DNA of 64,000 nucleotides from NCBI GenBank assembly GCA_963719505.1, contig CAVRCF010000001.1:928001-992000 (forward strand), given 5' to 3'. Below the pieces are notes generated by a model. The model saw only the letters and a program-made list of their open reading frames with translations, was not told the DNA's origin and made no database searches. This document shows, piece by piece, positions 61,178-64,000 of the stretch. This DNA is from Halobacteriovoraceae bacterium (GTDB lineage Bacteria > Bdellovibrionota > Bacteriovoracia > Bacteriovoracales > Bacteriovoracaceae). A program made the position numbers and the translations under genes. The number at the start of each line of letters is the position of its first letter. Position 1 is the stretch's first letter.

Positions 61178-61897
61178 CTATAATTCATCTATAAGGTCGC
61201 CAATGATACTCCCTATGGCGTAGGGAACGGTGTAGGGCCTGTCTGAGTTATTGCCAGAAGTGTGTCCAAATCCAATTTTGTGGGTCCATTCATGAACCAC
61301 ATTACGAGCAACATCTGCGTAATCATAGTTTCTAAAAAATTTATTATTGACCCAAGTTCTAGTTGTATTTGGGTAAGTGTATCCCACAGTTGAATTATTC
61401 TTGTAGTACATTGTAACGTCGACATCGAGTTCATAATCTACTTCAGGAAGAAGGTCTTCTGCCCCTAACATGATTTTATTATATATTTCCTCATTTGTGA
61501 GACCTTCGTTCCAGTTGAACTGTCTCTCGCCCCTCCAAGTATGAGCTAGGACTCTGTCCTTGAATTCCATACTGTTGATAACAATTTTTATCCTCTCGAC
61601 AGCCTCAAGCATTTTCGCTTGCTGATCATCATCAAAGTTTGTCATCTTTATATTTACCGTTAGAGGGTTATCTTCTTGTCCTGGGTCGACTGTAAGAGCA
61701 TTACACTCTCTTGGTTGTTCCGTGGCTGGGTCAATTGATCCATCCGCAATTCCCTGATCGTACTCAAGCATGGCTTCTTCTATATTTAATACACAAGCGG
61801 TTTGATCACCTGTTCCAATTCCTATCGTTCCATCACCTGGTGCTTGTTCACAGGCCACTACTGCTACCAAACTTAATATCATCCCTAATCGTTTCAT
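61178..61897 (-). CDS. Lipoprotein zinc metalloprotease (HExxHxxGxxH)
   Basis: Lipobox VVAC; VHEWTHKIGFGH; start refined to MKRLG after SD AAGGAG. Confidence 0.8.
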   Translation of the reverse strand: MKRLGMILSLVAVVACEQAPGDGTIGIGTGDQTACVLNIEEAMLEYDQGIADGSIDPATEQPRECNALTVDPGQEDNPLTVNIKMTNFDDDQQAKMLEAVERIKIVINSMEFKDRVLAHTWRGERQFNWNEGLTNEEIYNKIMLGAEDLLPEVDYELDVDVTMYYKNNSTVGYTYPNTTRTWVNNKFFRNYDYADVARNVVHEWTHKIGFGHTSGNNSDRPYTVPYAIGSIIGDLIDEL

Positions 61898-61946
61898 CCC
61901 GCTCTCCTTAGCTATTGAACTTTCAGTTTTGCATTGCATAAACTCT

Positions 61947-61973
61947 ATATCGAAAAGTATAGTGGGATGTTTA
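61947..61973 (-). promoter_or_regulatory. Probable sigma28-type promoter
   Basis: Minus strand TAAA-N15-TTCGATAT, ~50 nt before the protease start. Confidence 0.45.
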
Positions 61974-62221
61974 GTGGTGCGTCATGGGACGGAAATATAT
62001 TCCTAAAAAAGAAATAATTTTGTGTTTTAATCTACACATGAGATAGGGGCAGTTCTACGTGACATAAAGCTGAATGATTTCAGTGCCTTGTAAAGACAGT
62101 GAGAGCTAGAAAAAGAAGAGAATTTAAAGAAGTGTAGTGTGAGGTTAAACTTATTCAAGTGTAACCGTAAGGTGGGGTAGTGGAAGAGAAAAGATCCTTT
62201 CTCTAGCTCTACCCTATATAA

Positions 62222-62237
62222 AGCAAGTGATATGCCA
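62222..62237 (-). promoter_or_regulatory. Sigma54 -24/-12 promoter
   Basis: Minus strand TGGCATATCACTTGCT: GG-N10-GC with TTGC. Confidence 0.6.
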
Positions 62238-62331
62238 ATTTAAAAGTACCTAAAGCACTAATTTTATTAGAGTTGAAACCAGTCATTCTGAAACCAGGGC
62301 CGTCGGGGCACTGGAGTGGTCCTACAATGAT

Positions 62332-62634
62332 TTATTTTGCGTACTTTTTAATAATATCTACTTTTGATGAGATAAGCGTGGCTTTCTGCTCTGGGGTGAG
62401 GGTGATGGTTCCAAGTTTATTGCTTTGTTTTTCAATAAATGCAAGTTGTTGCTTGTAGTTAGTGCAGCACAAACATAAAAAAGTATGGAGCTTAATTTTA
62501 TACTTTAAAGAGCCAGTTAATTGGTTTTCGTTGGCAAGATAGAGGGCTGCCTGCTCACAATTGATCATTCTTTTAGACATAAAAGGAGGAATGAAGCTTG
62601 TGAGAAAATGGATTATTCTTCTTAATAAGTTCAT
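62332..62634 (-). CDS. Zinc-finger (ZAS, zf-HC2) anti-sigma factor
   Basis: MINCEQA...HTFLCLCC (HxxxCxxC); overlaps the ECF sigma stop. Confidence 0.8.
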   Translation of the reverse strand: MNLLRRIIHFLTSFIPPFMSKRMINCEQAALYLANENQLTGSLKYKIKLHTFLCLCCTNYKQQLAFIEKQSNKLGTITLTPEQKATLISSKVDIIKKYAK

Positions 62635-63200
62635 CTTTCTAATTCATCCTTGAGGGCCAAGCGAAGATTATTTTTTGCTCTGTAAATGAGAACCCCTAAA
62701 TTAGTGCTTGTTATGTTCAATATCTTACATATATCTTCCGTCTTTTCACCTTCGATTTCTTTTAAAATAAAAGCCATTCTTTGGTTTTCTGGAAGTTTGT
62801 TAATCTCAATGGATAGAATCTCAGCAGTCTCTTTTGAGTCTAGCCAAGAGTGAGGACTAACTGGAACCTTGTAGTGCCCATCATCAGCAAATAAGTTACT
62901 TAGCTTAGATTCGTCATAATCAGCAGTGTATTTCTTATTCTCTCTGAAGGTTTCTTTGGCTTTATTATACATGATGCCAAAAAGGTATGTTCTTATATGA
63001 CTTCGACCTTCAAAATTTTCTATGCTTTCAAAAAAACTTCCCCAGGTATTTTGTACGACGACCTCGGCTTGATCCGCAGCCAATCCTTGTTTTATAGCCC
63101 CTCTAAAAAGAGCATCATGATACAAATTAACTAAATAGCTTACAGTCTCATGATCTCTATTCTTGAGAGATTTTAAAAATTGGGGTGAACTCAAATTCAT
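62631..63200 (-). CDS. ECF-type RNA polymerase sigma factor
   Basis: AEVVVQNTW, FEGRSHIRTYLFGI, LPENQRMAFILKEIEG, VLIYRAK. Confidence 0.92.
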   Translation of the reverse strand: MNLSSPQFLKSLKNRDHETVSYLVNLYHDALFRGAIKQGLAADQAEVVVQNTWGSFFESIENFEGRSHIRTYLFGIMYNKAKETFRENKKYTADYDESKLSNLFADDGHYKVPVSPHSWLDSKETAEILSIEINKLPENQRMAFILKEIEGEKTEDICKILNITSTNLGVLIYRAKNNLRLALKDELER

Positions 63201-63265
63201 CTAAACCTTTATTTTAAATTTAAGTATAGGGTTAGAAACTGAAAAGACAATCCGAATAAATTTAA

Positions 63266-63293
63266 ATTGGAAGGTAAATTCTTACCTTCCAAT
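63266..63293 (-). terminator. Perfect 12-bp hairpin, probable terminator of the lexA transcript
   Basis: ATTGGAAGGTAA-ATTC-TTACCTTCCAAT. Confidence 0.55.
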
Positions 63294-63378
63294 ATAAAAA
63301 TGTGTGTTTATTTCGATGGGAGTATTTTAGAAATAAAAAGTAGTAGTGTTGTGATAATAAATAAGCTCTCGAACATAT

Positions 63379-63570
63379 TTAATTATTATTTATATAGTAT
63401 TTGTTAAGAATGGCTATATTTGAATCTGAAAGTGTCAGTAGCTCTAGTATTTCTAGTGCGATATCATTTGCCGCAAAATTATCTAGTGAAAAATTTGTTT
63501 GTAGATTGTTTTTAACTTTAATTAAGAATTCGTCTTCGCAATAAAATGGTGTCTCATAAAAATTTGGCAT
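63379..63570 (-). CDS. Small hypothetical protein downstream of lexA
   Basis: 63 aa with strong SD AAGGAGG. Confidence 0.55.
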   Translation of the reverse strand: MPNFYETPFYCEDEFLIKVKNNLQTNFSLDNFAANDIALEILELLTLSDSNIAILNKYYINNN

Positions 63571-63628
63571 AGTGTGTCCTCCTTGACATTGGTCAATGCT
63601 AAAAAAAATAAATGTTTGTGTTGTTTCC

Positions 63629-64000
63629 TTAGTAAGCTCGGATTAAGCCGACTAAAACCCCTTTAATCTGAAAGTTCCCATCTTTGACAATTATTGGTTT
63701 CATAGAACTATTTGCAGGATGTAATTCTATTTGTTTTGTATGCTGATAAAATCTTTTTACTGTGGCTTCGTTATCGATAACTGCAACTACAGTATCTCCG
63801 TTTTTAGCCGTATTCTGCTCTTTGACGACGATTAAGTCTCCATCAAGAATTCCATCCTCGATCATAGATTCACCAGAGATCGTTAGAGCGTAATGATTTC
63901 CATATCCAATCATTGAGCTTGGTACACTTATAGTCTCAGTGCCCTCCATTGCTTCAATAGGGCTACCCGCTGCAACCTTTCCGTGGAGAGGGATGTCGAT
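63629..64000 (-). CDS. lexA: LexA repressor, C-terminal peptidase S24 domain (5' end beyond window)
   Basis: GKVAAGSP cleavage site, GESMIEDGI (Ser), ATVKR (Lys). Confidence 0.9.
   Translation of the reverse strand: MDIPLHGKVAAGSPIEAMEGTETISVPSSMIGYGNHYALTISGESMIEDGILDGDLIVVKEQNTAKNGDTVVAVIDNEATVKRFYQHTKQIELHPANSSMKPIIVKDGNFQIKGVLVGLIRAY

Noticed and set aside
382-62458. Numerous 60-120 aa antisense or alternate-frame ORFs in the ORF track (e.g. 382-570, 7185-7708, 11936-12292, 43557-43841, 56712-57005, 62273-62458)
   Set aside because: They lie within or opposite well-supported genes and lack recognisable motifs or RBS.
1-64000. DGR template repeat and reverse transcriptase; CRISPR array; rRNA
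   Set aside because: By eye I found no second copy of the VR, no RT (YxDD) ORF, no repeat-spacer array and no rRNA-like sequence. A computational self-alignment would be needed to be certain.

Overview
AT-rich bacterial chromosome segment whose gene repertoire (TIGR02147/DUF4423-type HTH proteins, many MKK-type secreted hypotheticals, PhaR-like protein plus an ArsA/Get3 pair, sigma28-type promoters) suggests a predatory Bdellovibrionota (Bacteriovoracaceae-like); this is inference, not a database assignment. The left part (1-23.6 kb) and right part (36-64 kb) are mostly core or metabolic genes: carbonic anhydrase, CBS/CGL transsulfuration pair, Opp/Dpp ABC transporter, hflKC, ogt, pckA, udk, a heavily frameshifted dnaE, an ECF sigma/anti-sigma pair and a partial lexA. 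Downstream of tRNA-Leu(TAG) (23603-23687) lies a ~10 kb accessory region with a complete IS2-group IS3 element, several intact or broken secreted-protein genes, and the most notable item: a diversity-generating-retroelement (DGR)-type cassette. It comprises a secreted DUF1566/C-lectin-like target gene with a GC-rich, NNC-codon variable region (~30524-30670), a downstream stem-loop (30706-30724) and a truncated Avd-like gene. No template repeat or reverse transcriptase is visible in the window. Other candidates are a GNAT + M20 + lyso-lipid acyltransferase operon (possible aminolipid pathway), a LolB-like lipoprotein, a shared upstream motif in the island, and a sigma54-driven structured RNA candidate.
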